The notes: generated by a model not told the origin, from the sequence alone. A stretch of 64,000 bases of DNA from an uncultured Atopobiaceae bacterium (GCA_944321515.1 CALULO010000002.1:39163-103162), one strand, 5' to 3'; shown: positions 9,193 through 19,160, counted from the first letter of the stretch. Made by a program: numbers and translations.

Positions 9193-11880
9193 TTGAAAGA
9201 GTACCTAGCGTCCAAGCAGGACGTGCTCGACGAGCTTGCGTCGAGCGAGGAGAGCGGCCTCACGTCTGCCGAGGCGGCCGCCCGCCTTTCGCAGTACGGC
9301 CCCAACGAGCTCGAGAAGGAGGAGAAGACCCCGCTCTGGAAGCGCTTCTTCGAGCAGATGGCCGACCCGATGGTCATCATGCTGCTCGTGGCGGCGGCCA
9401 TCTCCGCCATCACCGGCACCATCCAGGGCGAGCCCGAGTGGGCGGACGTCATCATTATCCTCGCCGTCGTCATCATCAACTCGGTGCTTGGCGTGGTCCA
9501 GGAGGCCAAGAGCGAGCAGGCCCTGGAGGCCCTGCAGCAGATGAGCGCCGCCCAGTCCAAGGTTATCCGTGACGGCAAGCTGGAGCACCTTCCGTCCGCC
9601 GAGCTCGTGCCCGGCGACGTGGTGCTGCTCGAGGCCGGAGACTCCGTGCCGGCGGACTGCCGCGTGCTGGAGAGCGCGTCCATGAAGATCGAGGAGGCCG
9701 CCCTCACCGGAGAGTCCGTGCCCGTGGAGAAGCACGTGGAGCCAATCGTGCTTGCCGCCGACGCCGACGACGTGCCGCTGGGCGACCGCAAGAACATGTG
9801 CTACATGGGCTCCACCGTGGTCTACGGCCGCGGCCGCGCCGTGGTGGCCGCCACCGGCATGAAGACCGAGATGGGCAAGATCGCCGACGCGCTCACCACC
9901 GCCAAGAAGGAGCTCACGCCCCTGCAGGTCAAGCTCAACGAGCTCTCCGGCATCCTCACCAAGCTGGTTCTCGCCATCTGCGTGATCATCTTCGCCGTGG
10001 ACCTCATCCGCCACGGCGGCGAGCTCGGCTCCAACCCGGAAATGATCCTGGACACCTTCATGGTGGCCGTGTCCCTCGCCGTCGCCGCCATCCCCGAGGG
10101 CCTCGTGGCCGTTGTCACCATCGTGCTCTCCATGGGCGTCACCAAGATGAGCCGCCGCCAGGCCATCATCCGCAAGATGACCGCCGTGGAGACGCTCGGC
10201 TGCACCCAGATCATCTGCTCGGACAAGACGGGCACCCTCACCCAGAACAAGATGACCGTCACCAAGCACGAGCTCTGCGGCCCCGAGGACCTGCACCTGC
10301 GCGCGATGGCGCTGTGCTCCGACGCCAAGTGGGACGCCGAGGCGGGCGAGGCCGTGGGCGAGCCCACCGAGTGCGCGCTCGTCAACGACGCCGCCAAGGC
10401 CGGCTTCTACGAGAGCGGCGACGCCGCGCGCTACGAGCGCGTGGGCGAGGCGCCGTTCGACTCCGGCCGCAAGATGATGTCCGTGGTGGTGAAGACCCCC
10501 GAGGGTACCTACGAGCAGTACACCAAGGGCGGCCCGGACGTGGTTCTCGCCCTGTGCACCAAGGTCATGAACGCCGACGGCTCCGTGGAGCCCATGACCG
10601 ACGCCCGCCGCTCCCAGATCATGGCGGCCAACAAGTCCATGGCCGACCAGGCCCTGCGCGTGCTGGCCTCTGCCGTGCGCGAGCACGACGCCATGCCCTC
10701 CGACTGCACGCCCGCCGGCCTTGAGCACGACCTCACCTTCGTGGGCCTCTCGGGCATGATCGATCCGGTCCGTCCCGAGGTCACGCAGGCCATCGTGGAG
10801 GCCAAGGAGGCCGGCATCCGTCCGGTCATGATCACCGGCGACCACATCGACACCGCCGTGGCCATCGCCAAGGAGCTCGGTATCATCGAGGACGCCTCCC
10901 ACGCCATCACCGGCGCCCAGCTGGACAAGATCTCCGACGAGGAGTTCAAGGACAAGGTCACCGAGTACAGCGTCTACGCGCGCGTCCAGCCCGAGCACAA
11001 GGCCCGCATCGTCGACGCTTGGAAGAGCCGCAACAAGATCGTGGCCATGACCGGCGACGGCGTTAACGACGCGCCCTCCATCAAGCGCGCCGACATCGGC
11101 GTGGGCATGGGCATCACCGGCACCGACGTCACCAAGAACGTGGCCGACATGGTCCTCGCTGACGACAACTTCGCCACGATTATCAACGCGGTCGAGGAAG
11201 GCCGTCGCATCTACGACAACATCCGCAAGGTCATCCAGTTCCTGCTCTCCGCCAACATCGCCGAGGTGCTCTCGGTCTTCGTGGCCACGCTCGTGGGCTT
11301 CACGATCTTCCAGCCGGTGCAGCTGCTCTGGATCAACCTCATCACGGACTGCTTCCCGGCCCTCGCGCTCGGCATGGAGGACGCCGAGGGTGACGTCATG
11401 AAGCGCAAGCCGCGCAACGCCTCCGACGGCGTCTTCGCGGGCGGCATGGGCGTCGACATCGTCTTCCAGGGCCTCGTGATCACCGCGCTCGTGCTGGCGA
11501 GCTTCTTCGCCGGCATGTACTTCCACAACGGCAGCATCGACATGACGCAGCTGCTCGACGGCGTCCCCGACCCCGAGGGCGTCACCATGTCGTTCATCAC
11601 GCTGTCCATGGTGGAGATCTTCCACTCGTTCAACATGCGCAGCCGCCGCGCGTCGCTCCTCTCGCTGAAGAAGCAGAACAAGTGGCTGTGGGGCGCCGCC
11701 GTCCTCGCGCTGCTGCTGACGGTCATCCCCGTTGAGGTGGACTTCCTGGCGGAGGTGTTTGGGTTCATGACGCTGCGCCCGGACGCCGTGGCCGTGGCGC
11801 TGGTCCTGGCCTTCCTCATCATCCCGATCATGGAGGTCTACAAGGCCGTCATGCGCTCCATCGAGAAGAGCAGGGACTAG
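9193..11880 (+). CDS. P-type cation (Ca2+-type, PacL/SERCA-like) transporting ATPase
   Basis: The 895 aa ORF has the DKTGTLT phosphorylation site and the TGES, MITGD and GDGVNDAP motifs, with about 10 TM segments. It uses a TTG start preceded by AGGAGGGAAGAAC. Confidence 0.9.
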   Translation: MKEYLASKQDVLDELASSEESGLTSAEAAARLSQYGPNELEKEEKTPLWKRFFEQMADPMVIMLLVAAAISAITGTIQGEPEWADVIIILAVVIINSVLGVVQEAKSEQALEALQQMSAAQSKVIRDGKLEHLPSAELVPGDVVLLEAGDSVPADCRVLESASMKIEEAALTGESVPVEKHVEPIVLAADADDVPLGDRKNMCYMGSTVVYGRGRAVVAATGMKTEMGKIADALTTAKKELTPLQVKLNELSGILTKLVLAICVIIFAVDLIRHGGELGSNPEMILDTFMVAVSLAVAAIPEGLVAVVTIVLSMGVTKMSRRQAIIRKMTAVETLGCTQIICSDKTGTLTQNKMTVTKHELCGPEDLHLRAMALCSDAKWDAEAGEAVGEPTECALVNDAAKAGFYESGDAARYERVGEAPFDSGRKMMSVVVKTPEGTYEQYTKGGPDVVLALCTKVMNADGSVEPMTDARRSQIMAANKSMADQALRVLASAVREHDAMPSDCTPAGLEHDLTFVGLSGMIDPVRPEVTQAIVEAKEAGIRPVMITGDHIDTAVAIAKELGIIEDASHAITGAQLDKISDEEFKDKVTEYSVYARVQPEHKARIVDAWKSRNKIVAMTGDGVNDAPSIKRADIGVGMGITGTDVTKNVADMVLADDNFATIINAVEEGRRIYDNIRKVIQFLLSANIAEVLSVFVATLVGFTIFQPVQLLWINLITDCFPALALGMEDAEGDVMKRKPRNASDGVFAGGMGVDIVFQGLVITALVLASFFAGMYFHNGSIDMTQLLDGVPDPEGVTMSFITLSMVEIFHSFNMRSRRASLLSLKKQNKWLWGAAVLALLLTVIPVEVDFLAEVFGFMTLRPDAVAVALVLAFLIIPIMEVYKAVMRSIEKSRD

Positions 11881-11920
11881 ACGACGAGGGACGCCAGCCG
11901 TTTGCGGAGTGCCTAGCCCC

Positions 11921-11960
11921 GGGCCCCGGTCGCCGTTGTGCGGCCGGGGCCCTTTTCTTG
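11921..11960 (+). terminator. Rho-independent terminator after the P-type ATPase
   Basis: A 9 bp stem GGGCCCCGG / CCGGGGCCC is followed by TTTTCTTG. Confidence 0.6.
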
Positions 11961-12039
11961 TGCGACGGGCTGCCAGCTGGAACCGGACGGGGGCTCAGCT
12001 ATACTTGCGAAGTCCAAAAGTCTCAACGGAAAGAGGGTC

Positions 12040-13161
12040 GTGGCCAAGCGTTCCCCAAAGAAGCGGCGCGCCAGCAGGCAGGGGGCCATCACGCTGCCTG
12101 CCGTGAGCACCCTGCGGGACCTGCCCTCCTTCGACCAGCTGCGTGTGGACGAGGCGCAGCGAGCGGCCTACGAGGAGTTCCTCGCCGCCTCTGAGAACGC
12201 CGCCGAGATGCAGATTGGCTTCGTGGTGCGGCTCGACCGTGGGTTTCCCCTGGTGGTGACCGCCGAGGACGCGTTTCGTGCGGAGCACTCCGTCTCCTTT
12301 GCCAAGCAGGACGTCGAGAAGGACGACGGCCTGCTGCCCGCCGTGGGGGACTGCGTGGCCGTCCGTCGCGCGCCAGGCCATGACATGGGCGTCATCGAGC
12401 GCGTCCTGCCTCGGCGCACCGCCTTCGCGCGGTGGCGCGGGCGCAGCCGCGGGGAGCGCCAGGTGCTGGCGGCCAACGTTGACGCCATCCTGGTGGTGCA
12501 GGCGCTCGGCGCCGGAGACGTCCTGCTGGACCGCGTCGCGCGATCCCTCGTGCTGGCCAACGACTGCGGGATAGAGCCGGTGGTGGTGCTCACCAAGGCC
12601 GACCGCTGCTCGGCGGAGGAGCTCGAACGGGACCTGGGGCGTGTTCGTCGGCTCGTGGGCGAGTCGGTGCGGGTGGTGGTGACGTCCTCGGCCGAGGGTG
12701 AGGGCATGGACGAGGTACGCGCCTGCGTGCCGGAGCGGACGTGCGCGATGATCCTCGGCGAGTCGGGCGCGGGCAAGTCAACCCTGCTCAACGCCCTTCT
12801 CGGCCACGAGGCGCTGGCCACCGGCGCGGTGCGCGAGCGCGATGACCGCGGGCGCCACACGACCGTGGCGCGCGTGATGGTGGCCCTGCCTGGTGGCGGG
12901 ACCATCGCCGACGCGCCCGGGCTGCGGAGCCTGCCCTTGGTGGGACACGAGCGGGGACTGTCCAAGACCTTCCCGGAGATAGCCGACGCGGCCGCGGAGT
13001 GCCGCTTCAGGGACTGCACGCACGAGCACGAGCCGGGCTGCGAGGTGCGCGCCCGCCACGACGCCGGCGAGATCTCCGACGAGCGCCTTGCCTGCTACCT
13101 TGCCTTGGCGCAGGAGATGCGCGCGAGCGCCCGGACGCTTGACCCGGACGTCGTCATCTGA
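12040..13161 (+). CDS. rsgA: Ribosome small-subunit-dependent GTPase A
   Basis: It has a circularly permuted GTPase (LTKAD, GESGAGKSTLLNAL) and a C-terminal zinc knuckle (CRFRDCTHEHEPGC). The start is uncertain. The ORF-track GTG at 11938 lies in the loop of the upstream terminator, so GTG 12040 or a later start is preferred. Confidence 0.8.
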   Translation: MAKRSPKKRRASRQGAITLPAVSTLRDLPSFDQLRVDEAQRAAYEEFLAASENAAEMQIGFVVRLDRGFPLVVTAEDAFRAEHSVSFAKQDVEKDDGLLPAVGDCVAVRRAPGHDMGVIERVLPRRTAFARWRGRSRGERQVLAANVDAILVVQALGAGDVLLDRVARSLVLANDCGIEPVVVLTKADRCSAEELERDLGRVRRLVGESVRVVVTSSAEGEGMDEVRACVPERTCAMILGESGAGKSTLLNALLGHEALATGAVRERDDRGRHTTVARVMVALPGGGTIADAPGLRSLPLVGHERGLSKTFPEIADAAAECRFRDCTHEHEPGCEVRARHDAGEISDERLACYLALAQEMRASARTLDPDVVI

Positions 13162-13376
13162 GATAAGAACAACAAAAAAACAATCTATTATGAAGAAACC
13201 ATGTGCCTTATGGTTTCATAATTATGTATGTTCAGATAGCTGTTGAGACGGTTATATCTGCAACATCATCCGAGGTTGAACGTGTTGTGGAAGATAACCG
13301 TAAGCCTCGTGACTAACTTTCTCAGGACAACGCAATAGGGCCAACGCCCCAAGAGGAGAATGCCATCACCACGTCT
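13162..13376. promoter_or_regulatory. AT-rich island upstream of the Tad operon
   Basis: There is a marked local drop in G+C (A-run, TATTATGAAG..., TTATGTATGTTCAGATAG). It contains an AT-rich hairpin, GAAACCAT (13195-13202) / ATGGTTTC (13210-13217). It probably holds the rsgA terminator and the tad promoter/regulatory region. Confidence 0.45.
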
Positions 13377-13409
13377 TTGTGCGCGGGGATGAGGAAGGGG
13401 GCGTCGGCT

Positions 13410-14207
13410 ATGACGCGTCGATTCAGGCTCGTTCTCTCGGGTGCGTGCGCTGCACTGGCGGCGCTGCTCTGCCTCCTGTATGGCCGGCACGTCCAGCAGG
13501 AGGCCGAGCGCGCCCGCTCGGAGGCGCTCGAACGATACGGCGGCGAGGTGGTGAGCCTTGTCGTTGCCACGGAGGGAATCGAGGCCGGTGAGACCGTCGA
13601 CCGCACCAACGTGGCCGAGCGGGACTGGATAGCCGATCTGGCGCCGGCTGATGCGCTGACGAGCATCGAATCGGTGCTGGGGTCTCAGGTGAGCGTGCCG
13701 GCGGCGGCCGGGGTGCCGCTCACGGCGCTCAACTTTCGCGATGAGGAGGACGTGGTGGAGGTGCCCTCTGGCCGCATGGCGATCTCCCTGCCGCTGACGA
13801 GCAGCTTGACGGTGCCTCCGGGGCTCGGCCCAGGGGCGAAGCTCGCCGCCTACGAGGTCAGGGACTCGGGCGTTCGTCTGCTCTCCGAGGATCTGACGAC
13901 CCTAGCCGCCCCACAGGCTGGCTCGGGAATCTCCTCGGGCGGAGCGCTCACCGTTGCGGTGGCGCCTGGTGACGTGGCGGCGGTGCTTGCCGCAAGCGGC
14001 GAAGGCAGCCTGCGCCTCGCGCTTCCCGGTGACGGGGCCCTCAGCCTGGACGTCGGCGCCTCGACGGCACCGACCGAGGTCCTCGCGGAGGGCGACCCCG
14101 GGGGCACGGGCACGGGTACGGGCGGGGGCGGCTCGGGCGGCGAAGGCGGGGCGGACTCGGCGGTGAACACGACCGGTGCGGACGGCGAGGAGGGCCAGGG
14201 CTCATGA
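13410..14207 (+). CDS. cpaB: Flp pilus assembly protein CpaB/RcpC-like
   Basis: It has an N-terminal TM anchor, a SAF-like segment (IEAGETVDRTNV) and a beta-clip region, then a Gly/Thr-rich tail. The ATG at 13410 follows AGGAAGGGGG; alternative starts are 13389 and 13377. Confidence 0.75.
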   Translation: MTRRFRLVLSGACAALAALLCLLYGRHVQQEAERARSEALERYGGEVVSLVVATEGIEAGETVDRTNVAERDWIADLAPADALTSIESVLGSQVSVPAAAGVPLTALNFRDEEDVVEVPSGRMAISLPLTSSLTVPPGLGPGAKLAAYEVRDSGVRLLSEDLTTLAAPQAGSGISSGGALTVAVAPGDVAAVLAASGEGSLRLALPGDGALSLDVGASTAPTEVLAEGDPGGTGTGTGGGGSGGEGGADSAVNTTGADGEEGQGS

Positions 14208-15565
14208 GCAGATGGGTGGCGTTCTGTGCCGAGGGGGACCTCGACGCAGTGAAGCGAGTGGTTGCCTCGCTCGACGAGGCGGGGAGGCTCGACGTCGCGC
14301 CGAGCGCCGACGCTCTGAGGGGTCTCGTTGCCGCGGGGCGGCCGGGGGAGCTTGGGGTCGTTGTGGGCCCCGTCGGGGACGGCGTGTCCGACATCAACCT
14401 CGCCGCGGCGCTCGCCAACGACGGCAACGCACGGTGCGTGGTGCTTGCCCGAAACGACGTCTCGGGCTCGCTGAGGTCGCGTGCAGCACGGGCGGGGATC
14501 GACCTCGTTGTCGATCTCGTGGAGGTGGGGAACGGAGCCGGCGGGGGCGTCCCGCCCGCAATGGGCGATGGGGGTCGCTCGGCGGGCGCGCCCCTGCCGA
14601 GGCCCGCGAGCGAGGGCGCCGGCCCCGCCTCCACGGGCCGGGGGAGGGCTGTGGCAGGTGCGGGACACGGCGAGACGGCCACGGGCTCTGCCCGCGCAGA
14701 CACGACGAGCGGCCAGACGGCTTCGGAGATTTCCGGGCGGGCGCCCGTGCTGGTGCTCTCGTCCGGGCGCGGCGGCACGGGCAAGACGGCCGTCGCCGCC
14801 GCCTTCGCGGCGACGGCGGCTCGCTGGGGCATGCACGTCTGCCTTGTTGACCTGGACCTCTCCTTCGGCAACGCCTACGCGGCCTTCGGGCTCTCGGGCG
14901 TACCCGACCTCGCCACGCTTGCGCAGGCGGAACGGGGCGTGACGCCCGACCTCCTCGCCGGGCTGTGCGTTGCGGCGGCGCCGGGCGTGAGCCTGTGCGG
15001 CCCGTGCGCGCGGCCCGAGACGGCGGAGCTTGCCATGCCGCGGGTCGGCGAGCTCATAGCGTGTGCCTCCGACGTGTTCGACCTCGTGGTGGTGGACACC
15101 TCCACCACCTACACCGACGCGGTGGCCCAGGCGGCGCAGGGCGCGGACCGCCTCGTTCTCGTGGCGGACTCCCGTGCGGGCTCAATATCCTCGCTCGCGC
15201 GCCTCGGCAGCCTCGCCGTGCGACTTGGCGTGGCACGCACCCGGATCGCCCGGCTCGAGAACCATGTGGACCCCAGGGAGCGCGCGAACTACGCGCTCGC
15301 CCGGGCCGAGGTGGGGCTCGAGGCGGCGCGGGTGTATCGCGTGGTCGAGGGCGGCGGTGAGGTGGCCGACCTTCTCGCCGCCGGACGGGTGGCGGAGCTC
15401 GTGGAGCCCGGCTACCCCTTCGCGGGCTCCGTGGCCACGGCGCTTGCCCAGCTGCTCGCCGAGCTCGGCAGGCTGCCGGGCCATGACGAGGCCGAACGCG
15501 CACTACATGACGCCGGCGGGCGTCGGCGTCATGGCTTTCTGGGGCTGAGACGGGAGGCGAGGTAG
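14204..15565 (+). CDS. tadZ: TadZ/CpaE-like pilus-localisation ATPase (atypical receiver domain + MinD/ParA fold)
   Basis: An ATGA overlap couples it to cpaB. The C-terminal half has a deviant Walker A (SSGRGGTGKT) of the MinD/ParA type, and the N-terminus is receiver-like. Confidence 0.75.
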   Translation: MSRWVAFCAEGDLDAVKRVVASLDEAGRLDVAPSADALRGLVAAGRPGELGVVVGPVGDGVSDINLAAALANDGNARCVVLARNDVSGSLRSRAARAGIDLVVDLVEVGNGAGGGVPPAMGDGGRSAGAPLPRPASEGAGPASTGRGRAVAGAGHGETATGSARADTTSGQTASEISGRAPVLVLSSGRGGTGKTAVAAAFAATAARWGMHVCLVDLDLSFGNAYAAFGLSGVPDLATLAQAERGVTPDLLAGLCVAAAPGVSLCGPCARPETAELAMPRVGELIACASDVFDLVVVDTSTTYTDAVAQAAQGADRLVLVADSRAGSISSLARLGSLAVRLGVARTRIARLENHVDPRERANYALARAEVGLEAARVYRVVEGGGEVADLLAAGRVAELVEPGYPFAGSVATALAQLLAELGRLPGHDEAERALHDAGGRRRHGFLGLRREAR

Positions 15566-15567
15566 CC

Positions 15568-16893
15568 ATGACGGTCCTTGAGCGAGTGCGAGAGGTCGAG
15601 GCCGCGCGCGGGTCGACCCCGCGCGCGGCTGCCGCTGACCTTCGCGCGGCACGGGAGCGGCTCAAGGCGTCGCTTGTCGAGCGGCTGGGGCTTGCGACCA
15701 TAGCGGGCATGCTCCAGAGCGAGGAGGCCCCCCAGGTACGTGCCGAGCTGCTCGTGGTCCTCGAGGCGATCCTCAACACCCAGGGCTCCGGCGCCCCGGC
15801 TGGCGAGGAGCGCGAGACGCTGCTGCGGCAGGTGATGGACGAGGTGTGCGGCCTCGGACCCATTCAGCCGCTGCTCGAGGACGACCAGATAACCGAGGTG
15901 ATGATCAATGGCTGCGGCGCTCTCTTCTATGAGCGAGGAGGCGAGATCCATCCCGCGGACGCGGTCTTTGACTCGCCCGAGCAGATCATGATCGTGCTGG
16001 ACCGCATTCTCGCGCCGCTCGGGAGACGACTAGACCGCTCGAGCCCCATCGTGAGCGCGCGCCTGCCCAGCGGCGACCGCGTGAACGCGGTGGCGGCGCC
16101 CGTTGCCATCGACGGCCCTGCCGTGACCATCCGCAAGTTCTCTGACCGCATTCGCACGATTGGCCGCCTTGTGGAGCTGGGGTCGCTCCCGAGCTGGTAC
16201 GCGCAGCTGCTCTCTTGGGCCGTGAGGGCGCGGAGCTCCATCGCGGTGGCCGGTGGCACGGGGTCGGGGAAGACGACGCTGCTCAACGCGCTTTCCTGCG
16301 AGATTCCCCTGGGGGAGCGCATCGTGACCATCGAGGACTCGGCCGAGCTGCGCTTTGACGCGCACCCGGACGTGGTTCGCCTCGAGGCGCGAGACAGCTC
16401 TATCGAGGGGTCGGGAGAGGTGACCATCCGAGACCTCGTGAAGAACGCGCTGCGCATGAGGCCGGACCGCATCGTGGTGGGCGAGGTGCGCGGCGGCGAG
16501 GCAATCGACATGCTCAACGCCCTCAGCACGGGGCACGACGGCTCGCTCACCACGTTGCACGCGGGCAGCGCCGAGGAGGCGGTCCTGAGGCTCGTCCTCA
16601 TGGCGCGCTTTGGGATGGACCTGCCCACGGACCTCATCGAGGAGCAGATAGCCCTTGCCGTCGACCTCATCGTGGTCACGCGGCGCCTTGCGGACGGCAC
16701 GCGCCTCGTGACCTCGCTCACAGAGGTGTCTCGCGCGCCGGGTGGCGGCGTGGCGCTCGAGGAGCGGGTCAGCTTCGACGCGGGCTCGCACACGTGGAGC
16801 CTCGTGGGGGAGCCGGCCTTCCTGGCCGTTGCCGTCGAGGCTGGCGTCCTGGACGCGGGGGAGGTCGGGGCATGGCGCTCGCACTGCTCATAG
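15568..16893 (+). CDS. tadA: TadA/CpaF secretion ATPase
   Basis: It is a type II/IV secretion NTPase with Walker A GGTGSGKTTLLNAL, Asp/His boxes and GEVRGGEA. It starts 2 nt after the tadZ stop. Confidence 0.9.
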   Translation: MTVLERVREVEAARGSTPRAAAADLRAARERLKASLVERLGLATIAGMLQSEEAPQVRAELLVVLEAILNTQGSGAPAGEERETLLRQVMDEVCGLGPIQPLLEDDQITEVMINGCGALFYERGGEIHPADAVFDSPEQIMIVLDRILAPLGRRLDRSSPIVSARLPSGDRVNAVAAPVAIDGPAVTIRKFSDRIRTIGRLVELGSLPSWYAQLLSWAVRARSSIAVAGGTGSGKTTLLNALSCEIPLGERIVTIEDSAELRFDAHPDVVRLEARDSSIEGSGEVTIRDLVKNALRMRPDRIVVGEVRGGEAIDMLNALSTGHDGSLTTLHAGSAEEAVLRLVLMARFGMDLPTDLIEEQIALAVDLIVVTRRLADGTRLVTSLTEVSRAPGGGVALEERVSFDAGSHTWSLVGEPAFLAVAVEAGVLDAGEVGAWRSHCS

Positions 16894-17813
16894 GGACCGC
16901 CGTCTCGGCGGGGCTCGCGGCGTTCGTGCTGACGGGCACCGGCGCGGGGGAGCCTTCGGTTACGGTGGCACGACGGGCGGGACGCCTTATGCGGCGTGCG
17001 ATCCGGGGGCTTGCCCGGCTGGGGAGGTCCCGACCCGTGACGTGGCTTTCTGCGCAGGGGCCCGTCCGCGCGCTTGCCCAAAGGCTCGTGCGCGGCGCCG
17101 CCCCATATGGCCTCGACCTTGACGTGTGGTCGGCCTCGGCGGCGCTTCTCTGCGCCCTGTCGGCCGCCGTACTTGCCGCGGCCGCGCTTTTCGCCTCTCC
17201 GGTTGCGGGGGTGGCCTGCGGGTCCGTTGTTGCCGGCTTCCTCGTGGCGAGTGAGCTTGCGCGCAGGCGGAGGACGAGCCGGGAGGTCGCCGCCTCCATG
17301 CCCGGGATCTACCGGACCTTGTCCGTGGCACTGGGCTCGGGTCAGACGCTTGCGCAGGCCGTCGAGTACGTGGGCTCGCACGAGCGTGGCCCGGCGGCCG
17401 GGGTGTTTGCCCGCATGTCGCTCCGCCTGCGCTGCGGTATCCCCACCGAGGAGGCCGTTGGGCTTCTCGCGCGAGAACTCGGAACGCCGGGGGCGGGGCT
17501 TCTCGCCACGGCCCTCGTCATATCCCATCGCACCGGCAGCCCGCTGCGGGAGCTGCTCATACGCTCTGCCTCTCTCGCCGAGCGTCAGGGTGAGTTTGAG
17601 CGCCTGCTGAGCGTCAAGACGGCGCAGGTGCGGCTCTCGGTGAGAATCGTGTGCCTCATGCCCGCGGTCATGATCGCGGTGCTGGCGCTCGTGTCGCCGG
17701 ACTTTCAGAGGGGGCTGCTCACGCCGACGGGCCTGGGGTGCGTGACGCTTGCCGCGCTGCTCGACGGGGTGGCGCTCCTGCTTATCCGGAGGCTTCTGAG
17801 AGGGGTGGTCTGA
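16872..17813 (+). CDS. tadB: TadB-like inner-membrane platform protein (T2SSF domain)
   Basis: It is a polytopic membrane protein with a T2SSF-like core. The ATG at 16872 overlaps the tadA 3' end by 22 nt. The upstream part of the ORF-track ORF is Arg/Gly-rich and unlikely to be coding. Confidence 0.75.
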   Translation: MALALLIGTAVSAGLAAFVLTGTGAGEPSVTVARRAGRLMRRAIRGLARLGRSRPVTWLSAQGPVRALAQRLVRGAAPYGLDLDVWSASAALLCALSAAVLAAAALFASPVAGVACGSVVAGFLVASELARRRRTSREVAASMPGIYRTLSVALGSGQTLAQAVEYVGSHERGPAAGVFARMSLRLRCGIPTEEAVGLLARELGTPGAGLLATALVISHRTGSPLRELLIRSASLAERQGEFERLLSVKTAQVRLSVRIVCLMPAVMIAVLALVSPDFQRGLLTPTGLGCVTLAALLDGVALLLIRRLLRGVV

Positions 17814-18454
17814 TGGACGCCGCCTCCCTCGCCCTCATGGGTGCTTCGTCGCTTGCCGCGGCCTCCGCGGCCCTCCTTGCGGGTGGTCTGCCGCCGCGCC
17901 GTCGCCGTCACGGCGTCGTGCCGGCGCTCTCTCGAGCCTCCCGGCTCCTGGCGGGCTTGCCGCTTGTGCGGCGCGCCCGCAGCGCGGAGAGGCTCGCGCG
18001 CCGCCGGGCGGGCTGTCTCGGAGAGCTGCCCGTTCTTCTCGACGTGGTGACGCTCGGGCTTTCCGCGGGGCTCTCCTTCGACGCCTCGCTCGAGCTCTAC
18101 TGCGACCGCTACCAGACCGAGCTCGCCCGGGCCTTCTCCGAGGCCATGCTCAGCTGGCGCATCGGGGCTCGGGGGCGAGAGGCGGCGCTCTGGCAGCTTG
18201 CCGACGAGCTGGGCGTCTCGGCGCTCAGGCGCTTTGCCTCCGTGGTGGGGGAGGCGCTGGCCTTTGGCGCGCCGCTCGCCGAGGCGCTCGAGCGCCAGGC
18301 GCAGGCCATCCGTGACGAGCAGCGCTCCCAGGTCGAGGAGGAGATCGAGCGCGTGCCGGTGAAGATGCTCATCCCGCTGGGGACGCTTATCGTTCCGGCG
18401 ATGTTTCTGGCGATCCTCGGCCCGCTGCTTGGGTCGGCGATGGTGTTCGGCTAG
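17813..18454 (+). CDS. tadC: TadC-like inner-membrane platform protein (T2SSF domain)
   Basis: The ATG at 17813 overlaps the tadB stop (TGATG). It has a T2SSF-like core and C-terminal TM segments. Confidence 0.75.
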   Translation: MDAASLALMGASSLAAASAALLAGGLPPRRRRHGVVPALSRASRLLAGLPLVRRARSAERLARRRAGCLGELPVLLDVVTLGLSAGLSFDASLELYCDRYQTELARAFSEAMLSWRIGARGREAALWQLADELGVSALRRFASVVGEALAFGAPLAEALERQAQAIRDEQRSQVEEEIERVPVKMLIPLGTLIVPAMFLAILGPLLGSAMVFG

Positions 18455-18478
18455 GGGACCTAGGTGAAGGGAGAAGAG

Positions 18479-18703
18479 ATGGGGCGCTTGGCAAGAGGGG
18501 CGACGGGACGCTTGGCAAGAGGGGCGACGAGGCGGCGTGCGTGCGTCGGGAGGCTTCTTCGAGGCGAGTCCGGCCAGGGGACAACGGAGTACGCGATCCT
18601 CGTGGGCGTCCTCGTGGTCATAGCGATCGTGGCCATACTGGCGTTTCGCGACCGGGTCTCAGAGCTGTGGGAGGCCATCTCCAGCGGGATCAACTCGCTG
18701 TGA
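18479..18703 (+). CDS. flp: Flp-family prepilin
   Basis: The class III signal motif G/TTEYAILVG is followed by a hydrophobic helix. The RBS GGGAGAAG precedes the ATG at 18479. The leader is long and basic. Confidence 0.75.
   Translation: MGRLARGATGRLARGATRRRACVGRLLRGESGQGTTEYAILVGVLVVIAIVAILAFRDRVSELWEAISSGINSL
18482..18529 (+). repeat. 24 bp tandem duplication inside the flp leader
   Basis: GGGCGCTTGGCAAGAGGGGCGACG and GGACGCTTGGCAAGAGGGGCGACG are 23/24 identical. They encode GRLARGAT twice. Confidence 0.9.
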
Positions 18704-18710
18704 GGCGGGC

Positions 18711-19160
18711 GTGAGGGTGCGGATGTTGCCTGCGGTGACGGTGCTCGCATGTGCCGCTGGGCTCGCGCTGCTCGTAATCCCCGCCCTCCTGCGGGACGGC
18801 TCTGGCGGCTTGGTCCCATCGCCCGGGCTCGTGCCCGAGGCCGAGGGGCCATCGGCCGGGGACGCGGCGCTGCTGGCGGGCGAGGTTGCCTCCGTCTCGG
18901 GGGCGCAGCTGCTTGAGAGCGAGCTTGACGTGAGGGAGGCCGCCGCCCGCGTGCTCGGGGAGCGCCGCGCCGCCGGAGACTGCGTGGTCGCGCGCTCGGG
19001 CTATCTAGACCTTTCGGGAAGGACGTGGGGATGCGTGCTGCAGGGAAGCGGCTGGGTCGAGGTGGTCGTCGTGAGCGAGGACGCCGGCGGGGACGGGAGC
19101 GAGGTCGTGACGATGCGCATGGACGCGGAGGACGTCGCGGCGAGCGTCGGCGGAGGCTGA
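18711..19160 (+). CDS. Hypothetical N-terminally anchored protein in the tad operon
   Basis: The 149 aa ORF starts 7 nt after the flp stop and has one N-terminal hydrophobic segment. No recognisable domain was found. Confidence 0.5.
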   Translation: MRVRMLPAVTVLACAAGLALLVIPALLRDGSGGLVPSPGLVPEAEGPSAGDAALLAGEVASVSGAQLLESELDVREAAARVLGERRAAGDCVVARSGYLDLSGRTWGCVLQGSGWVEVVVVSEDAGGDGSEVVTMRMDAEDVAASVGGG

